A DNA stretch of 64,000 nucleotides from Malacoraja senta (taxonomy: Eukaryota). The notes under the pieces are model-generated. The model ran no database searches. It saw nothing but the letters and a program-made list of their open reading frames with translations, and was not told where the DNA came from. Positions 13,953-26,930 of the stretch are shown in pieces. Position 1 is the first letter of the stretch, and each line of letters starts with the position of its first letter. Location of the stretch: positions 186,001-250,000 of the forward strand of contig JAXLNO010000438.1 of the NCBI GenBank assembly GCA_038087875.1. The letters run 5' to 3'. The position numbers and the translations under genes were made by a program.

Positions 13953-14239
13953 AGGGCCTGTCCCACTGTACGAGGTAATTTCCCCTGATTTGAACTCGGA
14001 GAATTACGGTAATAGCCGCTCGTAGGTACTCGGGGCTCTCGTGGACATTTTTCAACATGTTGAAAAATCTTCACGAGCTTACCGCGTTTCTCGAGTACCT
14101 GCCGTTAGCGTTACGAGCCGCTAAGAGACGTCCCGAGCTCCGACGTACCCCTACGTACATTCTACGTACTTACCACGAGTTTTTTTTTTTTTAAACTCGG
14201 GAGAGCTCTTGAATTACCTCGTACAGTGGGACAGGCCCT
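13953..14239. mobile_element. MITE, PIF/Harbinger-like, 287 bp
   Basis: Perfect 28-bp terminal inverted repeat (TIR) agggcctgtcccactgtacgaggtaatt; flanks tca/tga (TNA-type, one mismatch); inserted in an older CR1-like tail. Confidence 0.88.
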
Positions 14240-15008
14240 TGAGTATAAAGGAGTGCTTGATTATCCGTGTGGATTAAGTAGGCCTAAGGGGCTGTTTCTA
14301 TGTTGTGTGACTCAATGATCATCAGAAATAAATTCAATGCTGGTGGTGCTCATGTCTAATGAATCTTTACAGAAAATATAACTGCCTATTCCAAAGAAAA
14401 ATGCTGTCCCTCAATCATTTGTGTCACAAGTGAAAACTATTTTGATGAAATGCTCTTATTTATAATTTATTTATATTTGGGGTATGGGTAAAAATGAAAT
14501 TGGTCACCCATTATTGTCCAAGAGAAGGTAGTGATGGACTGCCTTCTTTAATAGTAATGGTATTCCAACAATGCAGTTTGGGGAATGTGAATTTAATTCA
14601 GTGACCAGGAAAAATAGTGGATATTTCTCAATCCGTCTATACTCATACACCTACGGCCTTTGCCTTTTAAGGTACTAGAGATAGTTTGATCAGGTGCTGC
14701 CTGTTGAAACATCATGCAGTGAGTTGTTGCATGTGCATCTTGTAGTTAATACACACTCCAGGCACATGCACCATTTAAAGCAATGATTATAGAGCAGAGC
14801 AAGATGCGCCACTGCGAAAAAAGCGTAGTATGACATGGGTGATTGTTGACGCCATTTTACCAGACTGCAATTTACAATAATAATAGTAATATTTACAATA
14901 ATATTAACTAAATATGTGAAGTGATAGATGCTATATACAACACCGTTCCCTACAACACGGATTACACCAAGGATGATAGAGTGGATCAATCTTTGGAACG
15001 GATTACAC

Positions 15009-15286
15009 CAAAGATACGAGAGGAGCATTGACGCTGCCTCGGGAGCGCCGACCGCGGGCAGACGCTTGAGGCTCTCCCGCCAGACAGAGAGCCTGGAGCC
15101 TCTAGTATCTTTGCTCTTCCCTGTGACCTGATGTAAGCGCAAATTGTATAACTGTGGAGTCCGTCCCCGCTACCAAAGATGTCACGTTTTGCATTAAAAA
15201 TGGCGGCCGTGACGTTCCGTTACGTACTACACGTCAGTCCATTGGATTTCGGAGGAGTGGTCTATCTTGCTCCTCTAGTATCTTTG
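15009..15286. mobile_element. Cluster of short TIR elements with CAAAGAT termini
   Basis: caaagatacgagaggagca (15009) versus tgctcctctagtatctttg (ends 15286), 1 mismatch in 19; extra internal ends at 15099-15113 and 15174. Confidence 0.7.
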
Positions 15287-15296
15287 ATTTAAAGTA

Positions 15297-15682
15297 CAGG
15301 TCAACCACTGATTTTCCGGCAGCCTTGGATTGAGAGCCTTGCTGTATTATCCGTTTTGTTGGACCAACAAAGATCACAGCTCTGGGGGGCCGAGATACCT
15401 GCCCAAAAAGTCGGCCGCAGATGTCGGCAATGGGAACGGAACTGTTGGCTCCGGTCGGGCCGGAGTTTCGGAGCCCCGGCTGCAGCCGACAAATTCGGCC
15501 TGCTGATTGGCGTGGAAGTCCCAATGAGGACAAGATCAGCCTCATCCGGCCTAGGTGCCACATTTTCGGAGGGCCTGAGAGGCGGGGGCATTCTGGTGGG
15601 ATCTCAAGTGCTTTCCCGTGATTTTGTCTGAATTAAAGGAGGTGCCAGACCATCAGTTGCCAGAAAATCGGTGGTGGACCTG
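15297..15682. mobile_element. Tc1/mariner (Tigger/pogo-like) MITE, 386 bp
   Basis: TA|CAGGTCAACCACTGATTTTCCGGCA ... TGCCAGAAAATCGGTGGTGGACCTG|TA; 25-bp TIR with 3 mismatches and TA TSD. Confidence 0.88.
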
Positions 15683-16708
15683 TACTGCATGAAGTCTAGT
15701 CAAGCAGACAGCCATTGCCTGGATGGTCTTGATCATGGAGTCGTGGAGTCACACAACGTTGAAACAGGTCATATGGCCCATCAGAGTCAGCAGTGATCAT
15801 TAAATAATTGAATACAAAAATCCTGCACTAATTCCATTTCATTCCCCTCACTTTCCACTTACTATCCACAGATTTCACCATTTACACCAAACGAGAAATG
15901 ATTTTCAGTAGCCTCTTAACTTACAAAGCTACACCTTTTGGGGATGAATGCTCGCTCGAGTGCTATTGCAGCTCCTCCTAGCCATGCATGTGCCTGGAGG
16001 TGAGTGGTGATAAAAAGATTCTGGATCACAAAGTTGTACAGACCAGAAACAAGCACCTCTGCCCATCCCATCTCTGCTGACCACCATGCTCATCTATACT
16101 AATCCCTTTTACCACAGTCCACTGTGCCTTGCTATTCAAATACTTGTTCAGATGCCTTTGAAATGCCGTTTATGCCTCCAGCATCTCTTCTTGCAGTTCA
16201 TTCCAGGTACCAACTATCCTTGTGTGAAAGATTACCTCTCAGATCGCTCCTTTAACCTCCTCCATAGTGGAATAAAAATGCTGTAGAGCTATCACAAAAT
16301 CTACTCGATTAAAGAGTTATATATTCAAATCCCACGAGAGGAAAGGAGCATTTAAATTGTTAATTAATTAAGTACAAGCTTGTGTCATAAATGTGTCAGA
16401 CAGTGGAAAGCTCCTCAGGTCCGCAAATGCTCCGGAATAACAGAAACATGTCATTTTTACACAGTCTGACCTACACGAGCCTACAGTCACAACAATTTTG
16501 TGGATACTGAGCAAGCACCTTAATTCAAGGACGAGGATGAGTAATAAACATGGGACTAGCCAGTAATGCTCATATCCTGTAACTGATTAAAAGGCATTAA
16601 AATAAGAATCACTCATGACACAATATGAAGCCCTAACTTGCTTTTATCGGCACAGCATCTACATGGGCATTTAGGTGTCTGGTCCATGATGCCCCCAAAG
16701 ATGTTAAT

Positions 16709-17019
16709 AGTTTAGTTTAGAAATACAGCGCGGGAACAGGCTCTTCAGCACACCAAGTCCACGCCGATCAGCTATCCCCACACACTTACACCATCCGACA
16801 CACACTAGGGGCAAGTTTTTAAAACATTTATGTCAAACCAATTAACCTACAAACCTGTACGTCTTTGGAGAGTGGGAGGAAACCGAAGATCTCAGAAAAA
16901 ACCAACGCAGGTCATGGGGAGAACGTACAGACTCCGTACAGACAGCACCCGTAGTCAGGATCGAACCCGGGTCTCTGGTGTTGTAAGGCAGTAACTCTAC
17001 CGCTACTCCACCTTGCCGT
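16709..17019 (-). mobile_element. HE1-type V-SINE
   Basis: Full head, body and (ctaaa)n tail; B-box ggttcgatcc on the minus strand. Confidence 0.9.
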
Positions 17020-17560
17020 TAATAGTGAGGGGGTGCTTCAGTAATGGCAATGCAATTCAATATCAAGGGTAGTGAATGGACTAGTCCTAGTTGAAGATGG
17101 TCGGCTTGCATATTATACCGCACAGATGTTACTTACCACCCTCCTTACCTGGCCTAGGTGCCACATTTTCAGGGGGACTTAAAGATGATGATGGAACTGT
17201 GGCTACATAGTCATGACTATGGATAGTAGAGCAGGAGACTGAGCACACAGCCTTGAGATGCTCCTGTTTTCATGATTATCAAAGAAGTGTTGGAGTCCCA
17301 ATGACCACAACCATTTTCCTTTGCGTAAAGTGGTATTCCAGTCATTGGATAGTGTTTTGTCACATTTCTATTGAGTTCCATTATACCAGGGCTCCTCGAT
17401 GTCACATTTGATCAAATGCTCTCTGTCATCCTCACCTGGAAGTCAATTCTTATCTCCATAGTTAGTCCATTGCCGTAATGAGATTGTGGAGACAAACGGT
17501 CCAAGCAGAATACAAACTGAGCATCAATGAAGGGATTAAATCTGAGTATCAGAGGATAAA
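17020..17560 (-). mobile_element. Decayed LINE reverse-transcriptase remnant
   Basis: Minus-strand translation TGASQGCVLSLLLY resembles the PQGxVLSPLLY RT motif; many disruptions. Confidence 0.55.
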
Positions 17561-17570
17561 GATGAGCAGA

Positions 17571-17877
17571 CGGCACAGTGGCACAGGAGGAGAGTTGTAG
17601 TCTTACAGCGCCAGAGACCCGGGTTCGATCCTGACTAGGGGTGCTACCTGTATGGAGTTTGTATTTTCTCCCTGTGATCATATGGGTTTTCTCTGGGTGC
17701 TCCGGTTTCCTCCCACACTCCAAAAACCTACAGGCTTGTAGGTTCATTGGCTTCCATAAATTGTAAATTGTCACTAATGTGTAGGATAGTGCTAGTGTAC
17801 AGGATGGTTGCTGGTTGTGCGGACTCAGTGGTCCAATGGCCCTATTTCCACAGTGTATCTCTGAAGTAAAAGTCTAA
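17571..17877 (+). mobile_element. HE1-type V-SINE
   Basis: cggcacagtggcacag...gggttcgatcctgact...ggtttcctcccacactcc...tgtatctct. Confidence 0.9.
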
Positions 17878-18369
17878 AGGTGCAGATGCCTCATGTTACA
17901 ACCCCTCCTATGGTTTTACTATCGATACAATAGGTTATAATTTGTCCAATTTTTCCTGACCTTTGTAGACAGGTTATGCCGATATAACTTTTCACTTTTG
18001 TCAGTAGATGTCATGGCTATATCAAAATTGGAACAGTTTGGACAAAGGCTAAATTGAAAGAGCTGAGAGCTTGCCTGTTCCCATGACCTTTATCGTATCC
18101 AAAGTGCTCAGTTCTTTCTCAGTATCCCGTTAAACTGGCTTTGTTACACAGGGGACTCAGGAGGAGAGGGAGACAAATCCATCCGTTGATCTGGATTGCA
18201 CGGTTGAAAACACTTCTCCACAGGACAGAAAGCTTCAGGGGCTTTCTACTCATTAAATTTCTATAGTCATTCACAAATGACTGGAAGAACGACAGACATT
18301 TGATTTGTTCTACGGTTCGTTATATAATTACAGATGAATATTTTGTAAAGAAACTTTGTTTAGGTTGGA

Positions 18370-18575
18370 ACACAAAGAGCTGGAGTAACTCAGCGGGTCA
18401 GGCAGAATCTCTGTAGAACATGGATAGGCGATGTTTTGGGTTAGGACCCTTCTACAGATCAACCCGAAACAGCGCTTATCTATGTCCTTCAGAGATGTTG
18501 CCTGAACCCCCGAGCTCCTCCAGCACTACGTTCTACACAATATTCCAGCATCTGCAGTTCCTTGTGTCTATGTGT
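18370..18575. mobile_element. Inverted Penelope pseudo-LTR cassette (diverged)
   Basis: acacaaagagctggagtaactcagcggg... followed by ...ccagcatctgcagttccttgtgtct. Confidence 0.7.
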
Positions 18576-19785
18576 CTGGTTAGATTATGTGAAGAAAGGC
18601 TTTTGAGAATTATCAATTTGCAACTACACCATTAACAAAACTGGAAACTATGATTTGATATTTCAGGTTTATTCTTTCCTCACAAGGTCATGTGGAAAAT
18701 TCCCAATTGTTCACAAAAGATTGAAGAACAGCCTCACTGATAGGTGCTGGTTACACAACCAAGTCCTCCTGAAACTAAATGGTTAGCAGTGGAAAAATTT
18801 TAGAAAATTCAATGTTCTGGGGAAAATTTCCCCTCCAACATATCTTTACTGTGGTACGTTCAGCATAGATCATTAGATGGAAATCCAATCAGAGGTTAAA
18901 TCTAGAGAAATAAAATGAAATGAAGCAAAACATCTAATTAAAATAGAAACATCCTACTTCTTTACCAAAAAAAATGCAATACGTTGTTAACTTGGATATG
19001 CCAGATGAGAACATTATGATTCCAAACTGATGTGAAACTCACACATTTTATAATATGCGTCATAAGTTCTTATCCAACATTTCAAGATGTTTTTTCCTTC
19101 TAAAGAGAAATGTGAATCATTGCGTTAAAATTCCAGCATTCTTGAGTGAAAAAAATAGTATTACATATGACTCAATCAGCTTGGAGTTGTACCTGTGCCA
19201 TTTCAAAATTACTTCAAGAAGCTGGAATCAGTCAACAGTTCCCAAGCAGTAAGAGCGTTCAAGAGTATACATGTTGTGCTGGTACATTATGTATCAGCTT
19301 AACAACTGAGGAAATGTGACTTCACTCAATAAACATGGATGGAATGCTGACTCCCACCGCTTCCAACTTTTCAAGAGCAATAGCAACATACCCAGACTCT
19401 GTGGGTCACTGTTTTTGTTATCCTTCACGAACCAAAAATATTTTCAACAAAATTGGCAAATGTGTGCCATGTTCCTAAAATGTTTAAACGTTAAATTACA
19501 GAACTTATTTGGAAATATAAAGGTTTACACAATGAATAATTCCAAACTGTGTGCCTACACTTGATATTTCGATTGTAGTTAAATCCTCACGCAAATAAAT
19601 ATATTCCCCTCTCAACACCATAAGATTTGTAATCACTTCCCAAAATAGGGCTCAGTTTAAACAAAATAGATTTCTTACTCTCACAATTACCTAATGAAGT
19701 ATTTTTGTTTTAGAATCTCAATCTTACAGACTTTGAATTGGAGTAAATCTCTGCGGGGAAAGATTAAGAAAGTTTTTATGAAAAG

Positions 19786-20108
19786 GGTGACACAGTGGCG
19801 CGTCTGATAGAGCAGCTGTCTCACGGTGTCAGACACCCAGGTTTAATCCACACCTTTGGTGCTTTCCATGTGGAGTTTGTGATTTCTCCCGCGTGGGTTT
19901 TCTACGGGTGCTCCAGTTTCCTACCACATCCCACAGACTCGCAGGTTTGTGGGTTAATTAGCCTCTGCAAATTGCCCCTTGTGTGCAAGGAGTGGATGCA
20001 AAAGTGCGATAACATAGAACTAGTAAGAATGGGTGATCAGTGGTGGGGTGTGGACTCGGTGGGCTGAAGGGCCCGTTTCCATGCCGTACCTTTCAATCAA
20101 TCAATCAA
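19786..20108 (+). mobile_element. HE1-type V-SINE variant with (caat)n tail
   Basis: Diverged head and body; ends gaagggcccgtttccatgccgtacctttcaatcaatcaatcaa. Confidence 0.8.
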
Positions 20109-20453
20109 GAGATTAAGTGACAAGACAGAATTGCAGTTGGTGCTAGTATATACACCATGAACATAACATTTCAAAAATATAATGTACTGAGAAAATACAT
20201 AAAGCTTTGCATTTGTCAAACAAAGACCAGCAACTGAGATATTTGCCTGTCCTACTTGAAATATGATTGTGTAGATTTAACTCCATCTTTAACAGTTCAT
20301 AACTCATTGCAGAAAACCTACAAAGGGACAGAGAACATAAGAGATAGATGCGGCAAGATTTGTCACCTAGACACAAAACCTGATATTTACCTCTTTTTGT
20401 TTCATGAAAAGGTTCTTATGAATTAATTAAACTAATGAATATTAAAATTATCC

Positions 20454-20853
20454 TAAATGGACACAAATTGCTGGAGTAACTCAGCAGGTCAGTCAGCATC
20501 TCTGGAGATGGTGATGTTTTGGGTTGGGACCCATCTTCAGTCTAATTGTAGTGGTCAGAGTGAGAAGGAGAACTTCTTCAAAGTAGGCATAACGAGGAGA
20601 TTTCGCAGTGGAGCAGTCGAAATGTAGAAACAAGGAACTACAGATGCTGTTTTATAAAAAAGGACAGGCAGCATTTCTGGAGAACATAGAAAGGTGATGT
20701 TTCTGGTCGGGACCCTTCTTCAGACTACAATCAATCTGAAGAAGGATCTCGACCCAAAAGGTTACCTACCCATGTTCTCCAGAGATGCTGCCTGACCCCC
20801 TGAGTTACTCCAGCACTTTGTTTCATTTTGTGTAAAACTGCATCTGCAGTTCC
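20454..20853. mobile_element. Compound Penelope pseudo-LTR cassette (two minus copies, one plus)
   Basis: Family sequence occurs three times; flanked by ttaaaatta(t/c)cc at 20442-20453 and 20854-20865. Confidence 0.8.
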
Positions 20854-21454
20854 TTAAAATTACCCCAGTTCAGCTGCCCAAATTTGCTATTACAGTCATG
20901 ACTGCTTGTGATATTTAGTTTGCAAGGTTTGGTTACCATTGTACAGAATTTTTGGTTGTTGTCAAAGTGGCATGCCTGGCTCTGTGCTCAAAATAAAGAT
21001 CTCTTTGAACGTAAACCTTTTCTGAAGGCAAGATCTTCCCTATCTCCTGCGTCTGTGTAATCTGTCATCTGTTCATTGGGATTCCCAGTGTCCAGTGCCT
21101 GTGATTTCATCAAGCATGATTATCAACCACATGAACCGACAGGGAATTGAGTGTTATGGATCATGTGCAGGTAGATCTGATGTAATAATGAACATACACA
21201 TTATGGGATGAAGGACTCATTCCTGTGCTGTTTTGTGCTCTGTATTCTGTTTTCTGACCAAGCAGCCGATGACATTGACAAACCAGGAATCATTTTAAAT
21301 TAATATTTCAGGTTTTGGTTAGAATAGCAAAGAAAGATTGAAGCATGTGAAAAACAATTTGAGATGAGTAATGCTTAAAACAAAAAAAATTTAAGTGTAT
21401 TTTGTAATATTCATGTGAGGGATTTACAATGTACACAGAAAATATTAGTGTTTA

Positions 21455-21625
21455 TCATTTAAAAATAAATTGGATAGGTATATGGACGGGAAATGAATGG
21501 AGGGTTATGGTCTGAGTGCAGGTAGATGGGACTAGGTGAGAGTAAGTGTTTGGCACGGACTAGAAGGGCCAAGATGGCCTGTTTCCGTGCTGTAATTGTT
21601 ATATGGTTATATGGTTATATGGTTT
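21455..21625 (+). mobile_element. CR1 3' end, same subfamily as the large CR1, with (GGTTATAT)n tail
   Basis: Nearly identical to 27735-28010 except that it lacks the A-rich insert. Confidence 0.9.
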
Positions 21626-22062
21626 ATAAATCAGATAGCTTACTAAGCAGTAAGCAATGACTTAATGCACCCTTAAGAACTTATTAAAGCTTCAGGAAGC
21701 TAATTGTTTCAGAGTTTGTAGATAGCTAGTTCATATAAATAACTAAAATTCACAGGAACTCAAATGGCTTCAACTGTATCAATTGTGGAGGAAGCTTCCA
21801 TTAACAGAGCATATGACGGCATGTTGAATCGATATCAGCATGTGTGATTTGCACAGCAAGCCACACCAGGCTTAAAATCCAAGAGTTGCCAATTTGTCAT
21901 AGTATTGGTATTTATCAACAGCCATTTCACCATCTAGCAACTGCAAAATCCAAATCCATGAGTCCGAGTCTTGCTCATTCAGTGCAAGGGCTCATGGACT
22001 AATGTTCAAATGCACATTCTTTAAGGTCTGGATTCCTCTTGTCCTCGCATAGTTAACAGAAT

Positions 22063-22145
22063 TTCATAAGATCATAAGTGATAGGAGCAGAATTAGGCCA
22101 TTTGACCCATCATGTCTACTCCACCATTCAATCATGGCTGATCTT
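22063..22145 (-). mobile_element. Short CR1 3' end
   Basis: cataagatcataagtgataggagcagaattaggcc...; parallels 22303-22385. Confidence 0.75.
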
Positions 22146-22302
22146 ATTTCAGTGACTCGCTGATTGTATTGTGATAGCATTTGCAACATGTTTCAATGCT
22201 GCATTTCCCATTAGTCATGTTGACGTAGCTAATCTCCCTCAACTTTCTGGTAGAAGCAGGAAATATGACAACAAGGCAATACAGAATGAAACAAACAGTG
22301 TA

Positions 22303-22682
22303 AGATCATAAGGTCGTAGGTGATAGGAGTAGAATTAGGCCATTCGGCCCATCAAGTCTACTCTGCCATTCAATCATGGCTGATCTATCTCTCCCCTCTC
22401 CCTCCTAACCCTATTCTCCTGCCTTCTCCCCATAACCTCTGACATCCGTACTAGTCAAGAATCTATCACTGCCTTAAAAATATCCACTGACTTGGCCTCC
22501 ACAGCCTTCTGTGGCAAAGAATTCCACAGACTCACCATCCTCTGACTCAAGAAATCCCTCCTCATCTCCTTCCTAAATTCTGAGGCTATGTCCTCTAGTC
22601 CTAGACTCTCCCACTAGTGGAAACATCCTCTCCACATCCACTCTATCCAGGCCTTTCACTATTCTGTACGCTTCAATGAGGT
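22303..22682 (-). mobile_element. CR1 3' fragment (host of the plus-strand CR1)
   Basis: Reverse complement encodes the CR1 ORF2 C-terminus and 3' tail; breaks at caatgaggt and appears to resume as ggtccccc at 28008. Confidence 0.85.
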
Positions 22683-22711
22683 AGGAGACTGGGGAGACTT
22701 TAAAATAGAAT

Positions 22712-24333
22712 CTGAAACCCATCTGAATAAATCTAAAGTATTGGGGGGTCTAGCACTACCTAATTTTATGTATTATTATTGGTCAGTAAATATTAAAAAC
22801 ATGATTCAACTGATGGATAACTCCGCCCAGCAAGTAGACTGGATTGTAATGGAGAAAGAGGATTGCTCCTCTAGAAACATTGGAGCGATCCTCCTCTCTC
22901 CAATGAAATTGAATAACATAAACTATAATAAGAACCCAATTATTCATAGTACAATCCGTATTTGGAAACAAATAAAACAAAATTTAAAATTAAGAAACTT
23001 ATTACTTTTATTACCTATAGTCAATATCCCTTCGTTTAGTCCTTCTATTATAGATAAAGCTTATACACAATGGGATAGACTAGGAATTAAAACGCTTGGT
23101 GACTTGTATGAAACTGGAAAATTACTTTCATTTCAACAATTACAAATAAAATATAAACTCGGAAATAATGAATATTTTAAATACTTTCAAATATGCGACT
23201 ATTTGAAAAAATATATAAAAGATCATCATAATAACCCAGCAGATGTACTGGACGAGGCAATGCAGATAAAAGCGGAATCAGCAAACTTAATATCATATTT
23301 GTACAATATTATCTTAAATGCACAAATACCATCTACGGAGGGTATCAGAAGAGACTGGGAACAAGAGTTAGCTATTAAAATTTCAAAGGAAAGTTGGAAT
23401 GAATACTTATTAAAAGTGCATAAATGCTCGATTAATGTAAGACACACTTTAATACAATTTAAAATTTTACATAGATTATATTATTCGAAAACTAAAATTC
23501 ATAAAATTTTCCCAAACGTATCATCTATTTGTGATAAATGTCAATCCCAAGAAGCAACTATAGCGCACTCATTTGTCTTCTGTACAAAAATTCAAAAATT
23601 TTGGAATGAAATTTTTGAAATCTTTACCAAGTTATTTAAAACAAGACTGATACCCAAAGCAGAATGGATTATCTTCGGAATAACGGAAGATGATCCAGAA
23701 TTAAATGTGTTTCAAAAGAAATTAATGGATTATGGGTTAATAACTGGAAAAAAGCTAATTCTAAAATTTTGGAAGAAGGCTCCAATACCAACTATAAATA
23801 TGTGGATTTCAAATATGTTTGAAACATTACACCTTGAAGAGATAAGACTCCTCCTAGCAGGTAAACCAGATCACTTCCACCTGACGTGGTCTGCATTTAT
23901 AGAATTATTACAAACATAGGGTGCAAAAGTACTTTAAAAAAAATAAAAAAAATTGAGGTCGGGTAAGGGGGGATGATAGTTGAAGAGTTGGTATGTCCTA
24001 TTTACGTGATGCTCACAAAAAAAAACATTTGTTTCTCTTTTTCTTCTCTTTCTCTTTTCTTTTCTTAGGGCCTATTTCTTAACTCTTTTTCTTTTTGTTT
24101 TTAATTTCGCTCTTATAGGGTCTTCGTCCTTTTTTGTTGTTACATTTTCTACACTTTTCTACACTTGCACTTTTTCCTTCACTTTCTTCTCTCTTTCAAT
24201 CTTTTCTTTCTCTAGTGTAAAAAAATAAATAAAGGGAGTACATTAATTGTAAGATGATATAAATGACGAGTATTAATGTATGTGGTTGTAATGTAATGTA
24301 CTTCTAATAAATAAAAATTAAAAAAAAAAAAAA
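22712..24333 (+). mobile_element. 5'-truncated L1-clade LINE with T-rich 3' UTR, AATAAA and poly(A)
   Basis: 10-bp TSD aaaatagaat (22702-22711 and 24334-24343) at a TTT/AAAA site; poly(A) at 24320-24333. Confidence 0.92.
22741..23919 (+). pseudogene. C-terminal part of L1-type ORF2 (post-RT region with CCHC zinc knuckle)
   Basis: GGLALPNFMYYYW; QFKILHRLY; CDKCQSQEATIAHSFVFC; 392 codons without a stop but with no native start. Confidence 0.9.
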
Positions 24334-24345
24334 AAAATAGAATGG

Positions 24346-26930
24346 TTGGGGGGAGGGACTAAAATGGAGAAAGCTAGTAGAAAATGTGGGAGGCAAGAGG
24401 CAGAGAAGGGAAGCACTCGGACCCAAAATCTAGGGGAGAAAGAAGAAAAAGAAAATAAACAGAGAATAAGTGGTAGTGGGTTTCTTAAATGTGTATATTT
24501 TAATGCTAGGAGCATTGTAAGAAAGGTGGATGAGCTTAGAGCCTGGATTGACACCTGGAAGTATGATGTTGTGGCGATCAGTGAAACATGGTTGCAGGAG
24601 GGCTGTGATTGGAAACTAAATATTCCAGAATTTCATTGTTTCAGGGGTGATAGAATTGGAGGGGCAAGAGGTGGGGGTGTTGCATTGCTTGTCAAGGAAG
24701 ATATTACAGCAGTGCTTTGGCAGGATAGATTAGAGGGCGTGTCTAGGGAGGCTATTTGGGTGGAACTGAGAAATGGGAAAGGTGTAGCAACACTTATAGG
24801 GGTGTATTATAGACCGCCAAATGGGGAGCGAGAATTGGAAGAGCAAATATGTAAGGAGATAGCAGATATTAGTAGTAAGCACAAGGTAGTGATTGTGGGA
24901 GATTTCAATTTTCCACACATAGACTGGGAAACACATTCTGTAAAAGGGCTGCACGGTTTGGAGTTTGTAAAATGTGTGCAGGATAGTTTTTTGCAGCAAT
25001 ACGTAGAGGTACCTCCTAGAGAAGGGGCAGTGCTGGACCTCCTGTTAGGAAATGAGACAGGGCAGGTGGCGGAGGTATGCGTTGGGGAGCACTTCGGGTC
25101 CAGTGATCACAATACCATTAGTTTCAATATAATTATGGAGAGGGTCAGAACTGGACCTAGGGTTGAGATTTTTGATTGGAGAAAGGCTAACTTTGAGGAG
25201 ATGCGAAAGGATTTAAAAGGTGTGAATTGGGACATGTTGTTTTATGGGAAGGATGTAGAAGAAAAATTGAGGACATTTAAGGGTGAAATTTAAAGAGTAC
25301 AGAATCTTTATGTCCCTGTTCGGTTGAAAGGAAATAGTAAAAATTGGAAAGAGCCATGGTTTTCACGGGAAATTGGACACTTGATTCGGAAAAAGAGAGA
25401 GATCTACAATAATTATAGGCAGCATGGAGTAAATGAGGAGCTTGAGGAGTATAAAGAATGTAAAAAGAATATTAAGAAAGAAATTAGAAAAGCTAAAAGA
25501 AGGTATGAGGTTGCTTTGGCAAGTAAGGTGAAAGTAAATCCAAAGGGTTTCTACAGCTATATTAATAGCAAAAGGATAACAAGGAACAAAATTGGTCCAT
25601 TAGAGAGTCAGAGTGGACAGCTATCTGCAGAGCCAAAAGAGTTGGGGGAGATATTGAACAATTTATTTTCTTCGGTATTCACCAAGGAGAACGATATGGA
25701 ATTATGTGAGGTAAGGGAAACAAGCAGAGTAGCAATCGAAACTATGAGATTCAAAGAAGAGGAGGTGCGGACACTTTTGAAAAATATGAAAACGGATAAG
25801 TCTCCAGGTCCTGACAGGATATTCCCTAGAACATTGAGGGAAGTTAGTGTAAAAATAGCAGGGGCTATGACAGAAATATTTCAAATGTCATTAGAAACGG
25901 GAATAATGCCGGAGGATTGGCGTACTGCGCATGTTGTTCCGTTGTTTAAAAAGGGTTCTAAGAGTAAACCTAGCAATTATAGACCTGTTAGTTTGACGTC
26001 AGTGGTGGGCAAATTAATGCAAAGGATACTTAGAGATAATATATATGAGCATCTGGATAAGCAGGGTCTGATTAGGAACAGTCAACATGGATTTGTGCCT
26101 GGAAGGTCATGTTTGACTAATCTTCTTGAATTTTTCGTAGAGGTTACTAGGGAAATTGATGAGGGTAAAGCAGTGGATGTTGTCTATATGGACTTCAGTA
26201 AGGCCTTTGACAAGGTTCCTCATGGAAGGTTGGTTAAGAAGATTCAATTGTTGGTTATTAATGGTGGAGTAGCAAGATGGATTCAACAGTGGCTGAATGG
26301 GAGATGCCAGAGAGTAATGGTGGATGGCTGTTTGTCAGGTTGGAGGCCGGTGACTAGTGGGGTGCCTCAGGGGTCTGTGTTGGGTCCACTATTGTTTGTC
26401 ATGTACATCAATGATCTGGATGATGGTGTGGAAAATTGGATTAGTAAGTATGCAGATGATACTAAGATAAGTGGTGTTCTGGATAATGAAGTAGATTTTC
26501 AAAGTCTACAGAGAGATTTAGGCCATTTGGAAGAGTGGGCTGAAAGATGGCAGATGGAGTTTAATGCTGATAAATGTGAGGTGCTACATCTCGGCAGGAC
26601 AAATCAAAATAGGACGTACATCGTAAATGGTAGCAAATTGAGGAATGCAGTTGAACAGAGGGATCTAGGAATAACTGTGCATAGTTCCCTGAAGGCGGAA
26701 TCTCATGTAGATAGGGTGGTACAGAAAGCTTTTGGTGTGCTGGCCTTTATAAATCACAGCACTGAATATAGAAGTTGGGATGTAATGTTAAAATTGTACA
26801 AGGCATTGGTGAGGCCAATTCTGGAGTATGGAGTACAATTTTGGTCGCCTAATTATAGGAAGGATGTCAACAAAATAGAGAGAGTACAGAGGAGATTTAC
26901 TAGAATGTTGCCTGGGTTTCAGCAACATAA
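24346..26930 (+). pseudogene. CR1 ORF2: APE endonuclease plus reverse transcriptase, with one in-frame stop at 25291-25293
   Basis: APE motifs (YFNARS, SETW, GDFNFP, LDLLL, SDH) and RT motifs (NYRPVSLTS, QHGF, DFSKAFDKV, PQGSVLGP, YADD). The two ORF-track pieces are in the same frame, 978 nt apart. Confidence 0.95.
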
